48,392 nucleotides of DNA, taken from a virus (taxonomy: Duplodnaviria > Caudoviricetes). A program made the position numbers and the translations under genes. The DNA lies in the IMG/VR virus record IMGVR_UViG_3300005253_000348, positions 1 to 48,392 of that record; one strand, written 5' to 3'. Shown one piece after another: positions 35,254 to 44,088 of this stretch. The notes below the pieces were generated by a model. The model saw nothing but the letters and a program-made list of their open reading frames with translations, searched no databases and was not told the origin of the DNA. Position 1 is the first letter of the stretch. Every line of letters begins with the position of its first letter.

Positions 35254-35678
35254 GTCGCCCCCTGACCACAAAGATACGTTAGTATGGGTTTCTTGTCCTT
35301 TTCCACTGATATAAAAGGCCCGTTCTTACATTCGACTATCTTAGTGTCCGGTTCAAGTATCTCGAACCCGTGCCCGCCAGCGATCATAACCATCAAATCC
35401 CCTGCATTTAGAATAACAGAGCGGAACTCACAGCCTTCATCGTATAGCGTTACGCATAACGAGCCGGATAGTACGATATTGCATTCCTGCGTTAAATGGT
35501 TGGGGCGCTTGTTGAATATGTGTTGGTGGGGTTTGCACCTTTTCCCTTCCTCATACCAGAATGTGCCTACCTGTAGAAACAGTTCGTCCGGTGTTATGAA
35601 GTCCAGACCTTCAGCCCAATCATCCTTCCTGTGGATAATGGCGAATAGTACACCGTCTTTTTCTATCCTTTCAGCCAT
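35250..35678 (-). CDS. cupin (WbuC/sugar-isomerase-like)
   Basis: LQVG...PHQH...TQE...GGHGF...ECKNGP. Confidence 0.75.
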   Translation of the reverse strand: MAERIEKDGVLFAIIHRKDDWAEGLDFITPDELFLQVGTFWYEEGKRCKPHQHIFNKRPNHLTQECNIVLSGSLCVTLYDEGCEFRSVILNAGDLMVMIAGGHGFEILEPDTKIVECKNGPFISVEKDKKPILTYLCGQGAT

Positions 35679-35860
35679 TATAAACGACCTCTGTCAGGCA
35701 AATCGTAATCTTCAACTTCCCGCTGAGACAATACCTCTGCCCCACATTCACAACAAACCATAGCGATCGGGACGATTGCAAAGTCCCAATAAAATTTTTC
35801 CTTTTCGTTCCCACATCCACACATCCAAGTAACCTTTAATCTTTTGCCTTTTTCAGCCAT
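35678..35860 (-). CDS. small zinc-ribbon protein
   Basis: CGCG...CCECG. Confidence 0.5.
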   Translation of the reverse strand: MAEKGKRLKVTWMCGCGNEKEKFYWDFAIVPIAMVCCECGAEVLSQREVEDYDLPDRGRL

Positions 35861-36149
35861 TTCCCCACCCTTTCAAGAATGAAAATCTTTTCTTCTTCGG
35901 GGCCGGTTGGCCCAACATATTTGCTACTATCGCCTGATAATTCTTTGGCTGCCAAAACCCGCACCGCTCCAATATCTTCTTTGCGTATAGGTTGAGGACG
36001 TTCTGCTCTACTTCCGTCAAGCCCTCGCCTGTCCGCGTGTCGAAAAAGCCCAACACACCTAAGATGTCCACCAATACCATCCGGCCCTCAAGAGTGCTGA
36101 ACAGGTTCTTGTATGCTAACTCCCTGTCTTTGGTGGTTTTGAATATCAC
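35853..36149 (-). CDS. Bbp19-like head-region protein
   Basis: YKNLFSTLEGRMVLVDIL. Confidence 0.6.
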   Translation of the reverse strand: MIFKTTKDRELAYKNLFSTLEGRMVLVDILGVLGFFDTRTGEGLTEVEQNVLNLYAKKILERCGFWQPKNYQAIVANMLGQPAPKKKRFSFLKGWGNG

Positions 36150-36385
36150 TTAGCCATCCTCAAATTGTGGTTTTCCCATAACAGCTTGCTGATTACGCGG
36201 TTCCAGAGCTTGTTTTGCTTGACGTATTCTATTTGCGACTTAACTGCATCATTTAGCGTATCCATGTGCAACCTCAGAAAACTTTTGCTTGTCGCCGTAT
36301 TCCACTCTTGCTGCTCCCGCCGCTTTTGCTTGTGTGCCTTCACTGTCGTTATGTGTAAGCCAAATATGTTCATTTCATTCTCCAA
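36146..36385 (-). CDS. hypothetical protein
   Basis: 79 aa; coupled to neighbours. Confidence 0.5.
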   Translation of the reverse strand: MENEMNIFGLHITTVKAHKQKRREQQEWNTATSKSFLRLHMDTLNDAVKSQIEYVKQNKLWNRVISKLLWENHNLRMAK

Positions 36386-36641
36386 ATATCATATCGAAAT
36401 CGTCTTTCGAGCCTAACGCAGAAGAGGGTCCGTCAGACCTTGCGTACGCCCCACATTCAGTGCATGTGTAGAAATATCCTATCATGTGCTTTGCGGGTTC
36501 ATGCCGAGCAAGTTTGTCGGCAGATATGCCCGATACCCAATCGTGAGGGCATTGGGCAAAGGCTTCGATAACCATAAGAATAAATAATATGACCAATGTC
36601 GTCACCGCATAAGTGATTATATTGATTAACATCTTCTTCAT
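36375..36641 (-). CDS. signal-peptide/TM protein with Cys/His motif
   Basis: MKKMLINIITYAVTTLVILFILMVIEAFA-QCPH...CTEC. Confidence 0.55.
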   Translation of the reverse strand: MKKMLINIITYAVTTLVILFILMVIEAFAQCPHDWVSGISADKLARHEPAKHMIGYFYTCTECGAYARSDGPSSALGSKDDFDMIFGE

Positions 36642-36708
36642 TTCTTCTTTCCTCTCTTATGCCCTTTTGTGCTTCTGTACGGTTTTTTGCTTTTGCTCTT
36701 GTGTGGCA

Positions 36709-37059
36709 TTATACTGCTCCTATCTTTGCAAGACTGTCTTTTAAGTATATTTTTATTTGGTGCTTTGCTCTTTCTACACCTGTTGCATTAAAAATATCTA
36801 TAAGGGCACGAACACGACATTCATCATCAGGGACCAAATCTTCGACCATTTCAGCAAAGGCGGCATCTGTCAAAACAAGCTCGCCATACGGAGGGTAAGG
36901 TAGCCGTGCAAGGCATTGGCTATGACTGATTGCTTCAGCTAACACCACAGCGTCAGGGTTATCATGCCATTTCATCCTACTACCTCCGCTAAATCGGGTG
37001 CTAACTTCCAGTTTTCCCAAGGGTGCTCTTTGTAAATTTGCCTCTTGCACTTGAGGCAC
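36709..37059 (-). CDS. hypothetical protein
   Basis: ORF track; true start likely MKWHD at ~36975. Confidence 0.45.
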   Translation of the reverse strand: MPQVQEANLQRAPLGKLEVSTRFSGGSRMKWHDNPDAVVLAEAISHSQCLARLPYPPYGELVLTDAAFAEMVEDLVPDDECRVRALIDIFNATGVERAKHQIKIYLKDSLAKIGAV

Positions 37060-37154
37060 CTATAAGTCACATGCTTTACAGCACCGTCAGGCCATAGCAC
37101 TATCGGGGCGTCTGGTTCGACATAATAATTTGTTGTGTGTTTACATTCACTCAT
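36972..37154 (-). CDS. small zinc-binding protein
   Basis: CKH...CLKC. Confidence 0.5.
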   Translation of the reverse strand: MSECKHTTNYYVEPDAPIVLWPDGAVKHVTYRCLKCKRQIYKEHPWENWKLAPDLAEVVG

Positions 37155-37366
37155 CCTACTTCCTCCGCTATTTCAACTCTTACCGCGCTAACCAGATAAG
37201 CATTGAACGGCGGCAACACACCGCCATCAAGCGTCAATTCTTTTTCACTGATTGTTTTGCCACAAACAGGACACAGATATACATCACCATAATCTAATAT
37301 CCACCAATGCAGGCCGCGATTGCAGTTCTTCTTGCCTTTAGCAATCCATTTTTCCACCTTAGTCAT
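37151..37366 (-). CDS. small zinc-binding protein
   Basis: C...H...CPVC; ATGA overlap with portal stop. Confidence 0.5.
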   Translation of the reverse strand: MTKVEKWIAKGKKNCNRGLHWWILDYGDVYLCPVCGKTISEKELTLDGGVLPPFNAYLVSAVRVEIAEEVG

Positions 37367-39090
37367 TCTGCTGCCTCCGATATAGCTTCCATTGGACTAC
37401 CTTCTTCGACTGTCTTGCCGAGTCCCGGCGTTACTTTGGCCATTTCAAGGGCTAATTCAGCCTGCTCTCTCGCTTGCTGGGCAGCAGCGCGGGCCTGTTG
37501 TATCTCCTCAACTTCGTCGTCTGAGTTCATCAGGTGTTGGGGCATACCGTTGGCATCGAATATCTCCTCAACTGTCTCCTCCACTTTCAGCCTGTCCAGC
37601 GCTGTTACGGGTTGCTGCGCGGCTATCTGAAGGTCAACTAACGGCTTCACGGCATCTAACGAGTGTAATATACCCTCTGTCTTAAATAACCGCTTCTGGG
37701 CCTGAGCTAACGGGCCGATGTAGTCTATATCTATCACGCCGGCCTTGCCGCCTTCGCCTTCTTCCAGTAGCTTGTCCAAAAGGACCTGCGGCGGCTGGGG
37801 TAATCTTCCGGCACTCATCTCAATATCAAATACGAAATCGTTTATCTCATCGAGCACAGTGTTTAACGTACCTAATCCCGCACCCATAAGAGCCGCTTTC
37901 TCGCCCTTTATCTCGACGACATGAAGTTCTCTGAGGTTTGAGTTTTCCTGTGCTGCGCGGGATAATGCTATGAAGTAATCTACTTGGAAATTGTCCATCA
38001 CCGCCTGCCGAAACTCCCTGCGTTCCTCAGCGCCGAATGGATACCTGCTCCGTATCTCTACTGTTCGTATCTCATCTTCTGTCGTCCTATAGTAGTTACG
38101 ACCATCAGGGGCTAAATCAGCCTCGGCTCGCTTACTCTCCGGTATCATCCACGGCGGTGTTGCGTTAAGCTGTGCAGCGCCCAACATCGTATTGGTCATT
38201 TCGTTGGCTACACCTATCGAAATCAAAGCCTCGCCTATCAAGCCTCGTCCGTAAGGCAAATTAGATGGTTTCTTGACCCTGTAGACTGGAGGAAATCTAT
38301 CCAAGCTGCTTGTTCGTATTAAATTCTCACCGTCCACTTGGACAAAGTGAGTATTGTATTTCCTGCGGCCCTGGACCAAACTGCCCTTGATGAAATCAGG
38401 ATTGGGCCATATAACCCATATAAACTCCCACTTGGTCGTCATGTTTTTGTCGTTCTTGATGTCCTCCTGTAAACCGATACTCAACTTCTTTATCTCGCTC
38501 TCCTCTAAAGCCTCCTTGATCTGTAACGTGGTCCACTTGAACTTGCGGTGTAAAAGGATCGCTTTGCCGTATTTGTCGTCGGCCAACCAAATCTCTCGCG
38601 GGTGCGGGACCATGAAACCTATCTTACGCTCACCTATAATCTCTTCCGGGAACATCGTGGCCATGCCGACACCATCGCCATCCCTCAGGAATGAGCCTAT
38701 ACATGAGGCATCGTAGAAATTCGACCCGCTATAAGCGAAATACATACCTTCGTCAACCTCTTGTAACCACTGGCGCATCTCGTCAAGCTCGTCCAAGTCC
38801 TTGAGCGCCATGCGGGATCGGAACCACTTTATAGCCGGTGATACATGATAACCATATAAACCATCGGTGCGGATATTAAGGGCCTTGATGCAGGTATCGT
38901 CGTAGACATCTGTTTCGGTGTCCCTGCCGGTCTGGGCCGTGCCTTCCCAATCGTTGCGGGCCGGATAACCTAAAGATGTGCATGTCTTCCATAAGTCCAC
39001 AAATGGGTCGCGGACGGTTTCAAGTAAACCCTGCTTCAAGAGTACTTGCTTTGCTATCTTGGTTTCTTCTGTTTTGGTTTCTTTAGCCAT
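37363..39090 (-). CDS. portal (head-to-tail connector) protein
   Basis: VYDDT...KWF...SNFY...YGRG...PP...IDYIGPLAQAQK; start MAKETK. Confidence 0.9.
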   Translation of the reverse strand: MAKETKTEETKIAKQVLLKQGLLETVRDPFVDLWKTCTSLGYPARNDWEGTAQTGRDTETDVYDDTCIKALNIRTDGLYGYHVSPAIKWFRSRMALKDLDELDEMRQWLQEVDEGMYFAYSGSNFYDASCIGSFLRDGDGVGMATMFPEEIIGERKIGFMVPHPREIWLADDKYGKAILLHRKFKWTTLQIKEALEESEIKKLSIGLQEDIKNDKNMTTKWEFIWVIWPNPDFIKGSLVQGRRKYNTHFVQVDGENLIRTSSLDRFPPVYRVKKPSNLPYGRGLIGEALISIGVANEMTNTMLGAAQLNATPPWMIPESKRAEADLAPDGRNYYRTTEDEIRTVEIRSRYPFGAEERREFRQAVMDNFQVDYFIALSRAAQENSNLRELHVVEIKGEKAALMGAGLGTLNTVLDEINDFVFDIEMSAGRLPQPPQVLLDKLLEEGEGGKAGVIDIDYIGPLAQAQKRLFKTEGILHSLDAVKPLVDLQIAAQQPVTALDRLKVEETVEEIFDANGMPQHLMNSDDEVEEIQQARAAAQQAREQAELALEMAKVTPGLGKTVEEGSPMEAISEAAE

Positions 39091-39260
39091 TATTCCACCT
39101 TGTTTTCCTCTGTGTAGTTTGAACAACCGCACTCGGGGCAACCGTTAAGAATTAAACCATCGCCCCTTTTACCAAAAACAGGCTTGTCAAACTGATTTCT
39201 GCACTCACCGCAGCGAAAACCATGTATGTCGCCCTTGATATTTATGTGGTATTCAGCCAT
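39090..39260 (-). CDS. 56-aa zinc-ribbon protein
   Basis: Manual ORF MAEYH...CGEC...CPECG; TAATG overlap with portal start. Confidence 0.55.
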   Translation of the reverse strand: MAEYHINIKGDIHGFRCGECRNQFDKPVFGKRGDGLILNGCPECGCSNYTEENKVE

Positions 39261-39263
39261 TGT

Positions 39264-39509
39264 TTACCCCAAAGTCGTCTTTAACTCGGCACGCCTTACA
39301 TTAGCAGGCCGCAGAAAGCCCGGTGTCGTTAGCCGTGTGGCCCGCCTGCCTGTTCTTCCCCTCAACCTTTCACCCTCAGCCGCGCCCGCTGCCCGTCCTA
39401 ACTCTGTGCTCACAGGTGGCGTAACTGAGGGTAACGCGGGGGGATTAACTCCTTTTGGGCTTGGCCTCTTGAAACGCCTGAATATGCTGTCGTTCGTAAA
39501 TAGTCTCAT
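39264..39509 (-). CDS. small basic protein between terL and portal
   Basis: Pro-rich, GRRATRLT...KTTLG; typical position in BPP-1/T7-like podoviruses. Confidence 0.6.
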   Translation of the reverse strand: MRLFTNDSIFRRFKRPSPKGVNPPALPSVTPPVSTELGRAAGAAEGERLRGRTGRRATRLTTPGFLRPANVRRAELKTTLG

Positions 39510-39518
39510 ATTATGCTC

Positions 39519-40880
39519 CTATCTGTAACTTGCTAACCTATCCCGGCGCTTATGACTCGATGGTGCCGATGATATCGGGTGTGGGTAGCCTATTCGCTGG
39601 TGGTCTATTAAAAGTTGGTAACGATAAGCTATAGCAAGATAACGAAAAGCATCTGCTGCATGGCTAAACTCATCATGGAAAGGCCTCCCGCTGTAAGCCT
39701 TTAGTTTCTCATCATATTTCTGCCGGTAGTTCTCTAAACAATCTAATCCTCTGGCGCATTTTGTCTTATCGAACCAACACAGAGAAATTATCCCTTTAGC
39801 TGCCGCTATCCCATCCTCAATAAGATGTTCCTCAACTACCTCAATAGGCTCACTCAATAACGTCTTTAATATATCGAGCCTGGTCTCTATTGTTCTTCCT
39901 TGCATTCTGGCTTTAACATCGTGAGGTAAATAATGCTGACCATAATTATATGGCAAATTCCTCAACACTTTAGCGTAATGGCTAAGGCCCTCTCCGTGAT
40001 GATGGTAATAGTCTATAAGCCGAATTTCCTTGCCTATGAATTGTACAAACCAAATCGCCGTATCATCATCAACGCCCAAATCCCAAAAGGTATAAACAAG
40101 AGCCGTATCATCACAAGGCACATTTGTTACTCTTGGCGGCTCTACATTGTATGCCTCGGCGATGAGCTTGGCGTAATAACTACCCTCGGCACCCAAATCA
40201 AATGAACAGTAAAACTCCTGCTGAACCATATCGGGGGCCATGCCAGCATCTATCTCATCCTGAATCGCCTCCGGCTTAATAGCATTGGTGTCGTCAACGG
40301 TAAGAAGTTCACAAAACCAATTCGGGTTCTCTTTGGCCATCATGTATAATCTATAACCGTGATTCTTACCCCTCGATGTAAAATTAAAAACCGCCCAGCC
40401 TTCGTTCTCAGCCAAAATAGGTCTAATCTTGTCCCATACGCTCGGTCGCTGAAGACTGTATTCGCTAAACACGCAGCCCACGGGATTCGGTCCAACCGGT
40501 TCTTTCATATCTGTTCCGATAATCCTGAAAACCGAACCATTGACCGCTTCAATTCTCATCTCAGTTGCGTTGCGCTTGTTGCGCGGGAATAGTTCTTTTG
40601 GAAAATGGTCAAGAAAATGAAATCCGTTCCTATCGATGTTGTCCCATATCGCCTTGCGCCCATCAGTAGCAGCAGGAAAGTAATAGTAATAATTCCCTAT
40701 CCGTTCAAACATTCGCTTTATCATAAAGTTAAGGAATGTCTTATCCTTCCCCGCTCTGCGGTGCCAACAACATACAGCTCGCTTGAGCCCATTGTCCATG
40801 GCCCGCAAGAACGGCACTTGGTAAGGGCGCGGTTCAAAGTGGTGCGGTAGTCTTGTTTTGGGTTTTGCTACCATAGCCAA
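39519..40880 (-). CDS. terL: terminase large subunit
   Basis: PRPYQ; WHRRAGKD (Walker A); VFSE (Walker B); QEFYCSF; WDLG; SHAADAFRY. Confidence 0.92.
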   Translation of the reverse strand: MAMVAKPKTRLPHHFEPRPYQVPFLRAMDNGLKRAVCCWHRRAGKDKTFLNFMIKRMFERIGNYYYYFPAATDGRKAIWDNIDRNGFHFLDHFPKELFPRNKRNATEMRIEAVNGSVFRIIGTDMKEPVGPNPVGCVFSEYSLQRPSVWDKIRPILAENEGWAVFNFTSRGKNHGYRLYMMAKENPNWFCELLTVDDTNAIKPEAIQDEIDAGMAPDMVQQEFYCSFDLGAEGSYYAKLIAEAYNVEPPRVTNVPCDDTALVYTFWDLGVDDDTAIWFVQFIGKEIRLIDYYHHHGEGLSHYAKVLRNLPYNYGQHYLPHDVKARMQGRTIETRLDILKTLLSEPIEVVEEHLIEDGIAAAKGIISLCWFDKTKCARGLDCLENYRQKYDEKLKAYSGRPFHDEFSHAADAFRYLAIAYRYQLLIDHQRIGYPHPISSAPSSHKRRDRLASYR

Positions 40881-41295
40881 CTATTTCCACATTTATATCT
40901 ACTGAATGTTCGTATTCCTGTTTGTCTGTCCATCCAGCCCGATTCTTGAGCCAGATAAATGCCGCCGCTGTGTCGGGCGGGTAATGCTTGATATGTGGTG
41001 TCTTAGTAACTTCGCCTTCATAGGCTGAAAAATGTATTTCTGGATGGGAATAGCCACAGGCCCGTTCATACAATGCCATCACTACCTTTTGGTCCGCAAT
41101 CTCTTTACCCTTTTTTATGGACTCAAAAAACCCCGGGTACCTCTTTTTCCAGTTATTGATAGTTTGCTCGGTAACGCCGAATATGTCTCCTATCTCAACA
41201 TCAGTGAAGCCCTTCTCTGCAAGTAGCTTGGCTTGCCTTTTAACTTCGGCATTAAACTTTGTGGGCCTGCCGTTCTTTTTGGGTTTCTTAGCCAT
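40834..41295 (-). CDS. terS: terminase small subunit
   Basis: GRPTKF...HTH...HYPPDTAAAFIWLKNR; directly upstream of terL. Confidence 0.85.
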   Translation of the reverse strand: MAKKPKKNGRPTKFNAEVKRQAKLLAEKGFTDVEIGDIFGVTEQTINNWKKRYPGFFESIKKGKEIADQKVVMALYERACGYSHPEIHFSAYEGEVTKTPHIKHYPPDTAAAFIWLKNRAGWTDKQEYEHSVDINVEIVGYGSKTQNKTTAPL

Positions 41296-41577
41296 TTAAG
41301 CACTCGCTAATAACTTTCCTCTTATCATCGGCCATGCTTTTTTAGCCAACCTTTCTAAGATCATCATCCGGGCCCGACCGGTATGCCTTCGTGAATGATG
41401 GAATAAACATAAAGTAATCCCATTGCCTAAGTCCTCAGCTTTTTCGGGGTATCTGCGTCGAGACAGAAGATGATGGGCTTCGAGCAAGTCCGCCTGCCAT
41501 ATTGTGCATCCCCTTCCTTGACAACAACGATCTCGAAGCTTTACCTTTTCTGCCCATGTTACTTGACCGTTCCACAT
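41296..41577 (-). CDS. HNH endonuclease (packaging-adjacent)
   Basis: VKLRD..C...LEAHH...NGITLCLFHH. Confidence 0.75.
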   Translation of the reverse strand: MWNGQVTWAEKVKLRDRCCQGRGCTIWQADLLEAHHLLSRRRYPEKAEDLGNGITLCLFHHSRRHTGRARMMILERLAKKAWPMIRGKLLASA

Positions 41578-41620
41578 CCATTCGGCTTCAATTTAATCAT
41601 CACCCTGCTCCTATGATATT

Positions 41621-41650
41621 ATTGTATGGGGTTTATGTGGGAAATGTCAA
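41621..41650 (-). promoter_or_regulatory. sigma70-type promoter ahead of the packaging/structural operon
   Basis: TTGACA, 18 bp, TACAAT. Confidence 0.6.
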
Positions 41651-41680
41651 TTAACAGTTGGTGTTTACTTCCGAAGTGAT

Positions 41681-42949
41681 TTATTGGGGTTCGAATAGGC
41701 TGAATTTATCTTTCTCCGCCGCCAGCCGCTTCCGGCCCATCTCGATATACTCGGCACTAAGCTCTGTAGCCACATAATGCCTGTTGAGCTTGTACGCTAC
41801 CAGGCAAGTCGTCATGGCCCCGCCAAAGGGGTCGTATACTGTGCAGGGGATAGGGCCGCGATGCTCTCCTTTGCTCGGCGAAAAAGGGCAATCGTCTAAG
41901 CATTTGCAGGTGGGCTTCCAGCCTATTGTTGTGGATTGCCCCATCTGCTCAGGCCCGTAATTATCAATTTCTGATTGCGTAGCTTGATTTTCCCCCAGAC
42001 CGGACTTGTCTTTTAGCGTGTCCTTTTTGCTATCCCTGATCCGAATGTTCATTGTCGCGGGTTTTTTCTCTACCACCCTCACCCACGGACTCCCACACTC
42101 AGGACAGCAGCCTTTTTCAGAGGTTCCGGCCTTGATGCATGGCTCTACTAATTTCTCTGGGAATGTGGCGAAGTGGGCCTCTGGGAAACTTTGGGTAGGG
42201 ATAGTCCATACGTCGCGCTTGTTGCGGCCAGAACGGTCTATGTCTGGGTGGTGGGTTCCAAACCCTCTGGTTCTCTGTTTGTCTAAATCAACACCTTTTT
42301 CTATTTCTGGTGCTGTCATATCAGCTCGGGCAGCCCAATCTTTCGATGAGTTCCATACCCCTTCTGATTCCTCCCTCACAGCATCAGCATCATAGAAATA
42401 CTTCGGCTTCTTAGTCAATAGGAATAGGTGTTCATGGGATTTGGTGGGCCGGTCTGTTACTGATTCCGGCATGGGGTTCGGCTTCGCCCAGATAATATCA
42501 CTCCGGAGATACCAGCCATCGGCCTGCAACGCTATGGCTAAACGGGCAGGCATCATGCAGAGGTCTTTGGGCTTGAGGCCAGACGCTTTTGCGGAGTTAA
42601 ATTTTCTGCTTATGCCGCCCTCCCATGCCTTGACGCCTTCTTTGGCGGTGGAATCTTCCCTTGTGAAATTAGTTATATCGCCTTTGCCGTGCATCGACGA
42701 CATTGCATAAGTATCCCCCATATTAACCCAGCACGTGCCATCGTCCCTGAGCACGCGCCAGACGTGCCTGAAAACCCCCACCATGCGCTCGATATATTCT
42801 TCCGGGGTCTTTTCTAAGCCTAACTGGCCGGCCACGCCGTAGTCACGGAGGCCCCAATATGGCGGACTCGTTACCACGCATTGCACGGATTTGTCTGGCA
42901 AGGGGATACCTTTTGTAATATCATGGCATATTATGGTATCAACTTTCAT
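41681..42949 (-). CDS. beta-class N4-C/N6-A DNA methyltransferase with Cys-rich insertion
   Basis: VTSPPYW; IIWAKPNPMPES; HFATFP; VYDPFGG. Confidence 0.9.
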   Translation of the reverse strand: MKVDTIICHDITKGIPLPDKSVQCVVTSPPYWGLRDYGVAGQLGLEKTPEEYIERMVGVFRHVWRVLRDDGTCWVNMGDTYAMSSMHGKGDITNFTREDSTAKEGVKAWEGGISRKFNSAKASGLKPKDLCMMPARLAIALQADGWYLRSDIIWAKPNPMPESVTDRPTKSHEHLFLLTKKPKYFYDADAVREESEGVWNSSKDWAARADMTAPEIEKGVDLDKQRTRGFGTHHPDIDRSGRNKRDVWTIPTQSFPEAHFATFPEKLVEPCIKAGTSEKGCCPECGSPWVRVVEKKPATMNIRIRDSKKDTLKDKSGLGENQATQSEIDNYGPEQMGQSTTIGWKPTCKCLDDCPFSPSKGEHRGPIPCTVYDPFGGAMTTCLVAYKLNRHYVATELSAEYIEMGRKRLAAEKDKFSLFEPQ

Positions 42950-43154
42950 TTATAGCCTTTAGTATTGTTTTTGCTGTTTCAAGTTCTATTTTGTGCTCGC
43001 CGGGTTGCTCTAAAAAATGTTGTCGCTGTGCGGTCCAGCCACAGAGTGTACCGAATTGTGTTTGAGTCAGGCCCAGCTTGTTCCTCTCGTCTACGAGATC
43101 GCCTCCGTTAAATTTTACTTTTTCAGGTTCAATTGGGTGGAATAAGTTCGGCAT
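42939..43154 (-). CDS. Cro/C1-type HTH protein
   Basis: RNKLGLTQTQFGTLCGWTAQRQHFLE. Confidence 0.65.
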   Translation of the reverse strand: MPNLFHPIEPEKVKFNGGDLVDERNKLGLTQTQFGTLCGWTAQRQHFLEQPGEHKIELETAKTILKAINES

Positions 43155-43494
43155 CCGTGCCCCCTTGTATTATTTTGCCTTGAAATGACCTACCATCAAG
43201 CGCCATAGCTTCGTAGAGGCATATTATAAAATCCTGCCAACTGCCTGACAGGTACAAATTACCATCAGCCTTCATTTCTATTGTGGTTTCGACATCTTCT
43301 GTCTTACAAGTAATGTCCCACGGCAAATTATTCGGGTCAACTATGTAAGGCCCGGGTGGTTCCCATTCTATAAAAGTAAACGTTGAGGTTTCCCAGATAA
43401 TATCCGGGTCTGTCTCCCAAACCCACCAGTCGTTTGGGTCTGCCATCGCGTTTGCACAAAACACACAGATTAGAATTACTACTAACTCCTTCAT
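43129..43494 (-). CDS. secreted protein with Sec signal peptide
   Basis: MKELVVILICVFCANAMA-DPND. Confidence 0.6.
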   Translation of the reverse strand: MKELVVILICVFCANAMADPNDWWVWETDPDIIWETSTFTFIEWEPPGPYIVDPNNLPWDITCKTEDVETTIEMKADGNLYLSGSWQDFIICLYEAMALDGRSFQGKIIQGGTDAELIPPN

Positions 43495-43515
43495 TTTTTG
43501 GCTCCTAAATCCATT

Positions 43516-43716
43516 TTATATTCTTCTGTTAGGTTCATCTTTTAATCCGCCGGGGTACAATTTGTAATATCTGTCTGCGTTGCCTATCCAGCACCAATAA
43601 CATTTCGGCCCTTGCTTAGTCCCCACCTTAGCGACATTGCCGCAACTGCAAGCGGTTTTATCTTGGGCCTGCCGTGTTGTCTGAGTCGCAGTATTTGCAT
43701 TTAACTTTTTTTTCAT
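43516..43716 (-). CDS. small Cys-rich protein
   Basis: CSCG...CYWC. Confidence 0.4.
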   Translation of the reverse strand: MKKKLNANTATQTTRQAQDKTACSCGNVAKVGTKQGPKCYWCWIGNADRYYKLYPGGLKDEPNRRI

Positions 43717-43788
43717 TCGGGTTTTCCTTGCTCATATATGACCGATGGCAATCCAAACAGTACATTGGGTATATTATTATTCTTTCAA

Positions 43789-44079
43789 TCACCCGGTGGG
43801 GTGATGTATGCTTTTGCTTGATTCTGAGCATCCGTGCATCCTTTTGGCTTTTGGGCCTATTAACTGATCGCTGGGGTTGTATGGGGCCAGATGTAGCTTT
43901 TCGGCGCAATTACATTTACCATCGGTTTTTGATAGACAGAACATCCCGTGCTGGCCCGGCATAGGCTCTACATGGTATTTGGGATCGTTTTCGTCCCAAA
44001 GATTTTTGGCGGCCAGTGCTTTTTCGTGGATTCTTCGTTGCTCTGCCCTTATCTGGTCTTCGGCTGTTTCTTGGTTCAT
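43789..44079 (-). CDS. hypothetical protein
   Basis: 96-aa ORF, co-directional. Confidence 0.45.
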   Translation of the reverse strand: MNQETAEDQIRAEQRRIHEKALAAKNLWDENDPKYHVEPMPGQHGMFCLSKTDGKCNCAEKLHLAPYNPSDQLIGPKAKRMHGCSESSKSIHHPTG

Positions 44080-44088
44080 GTTAGGCTT

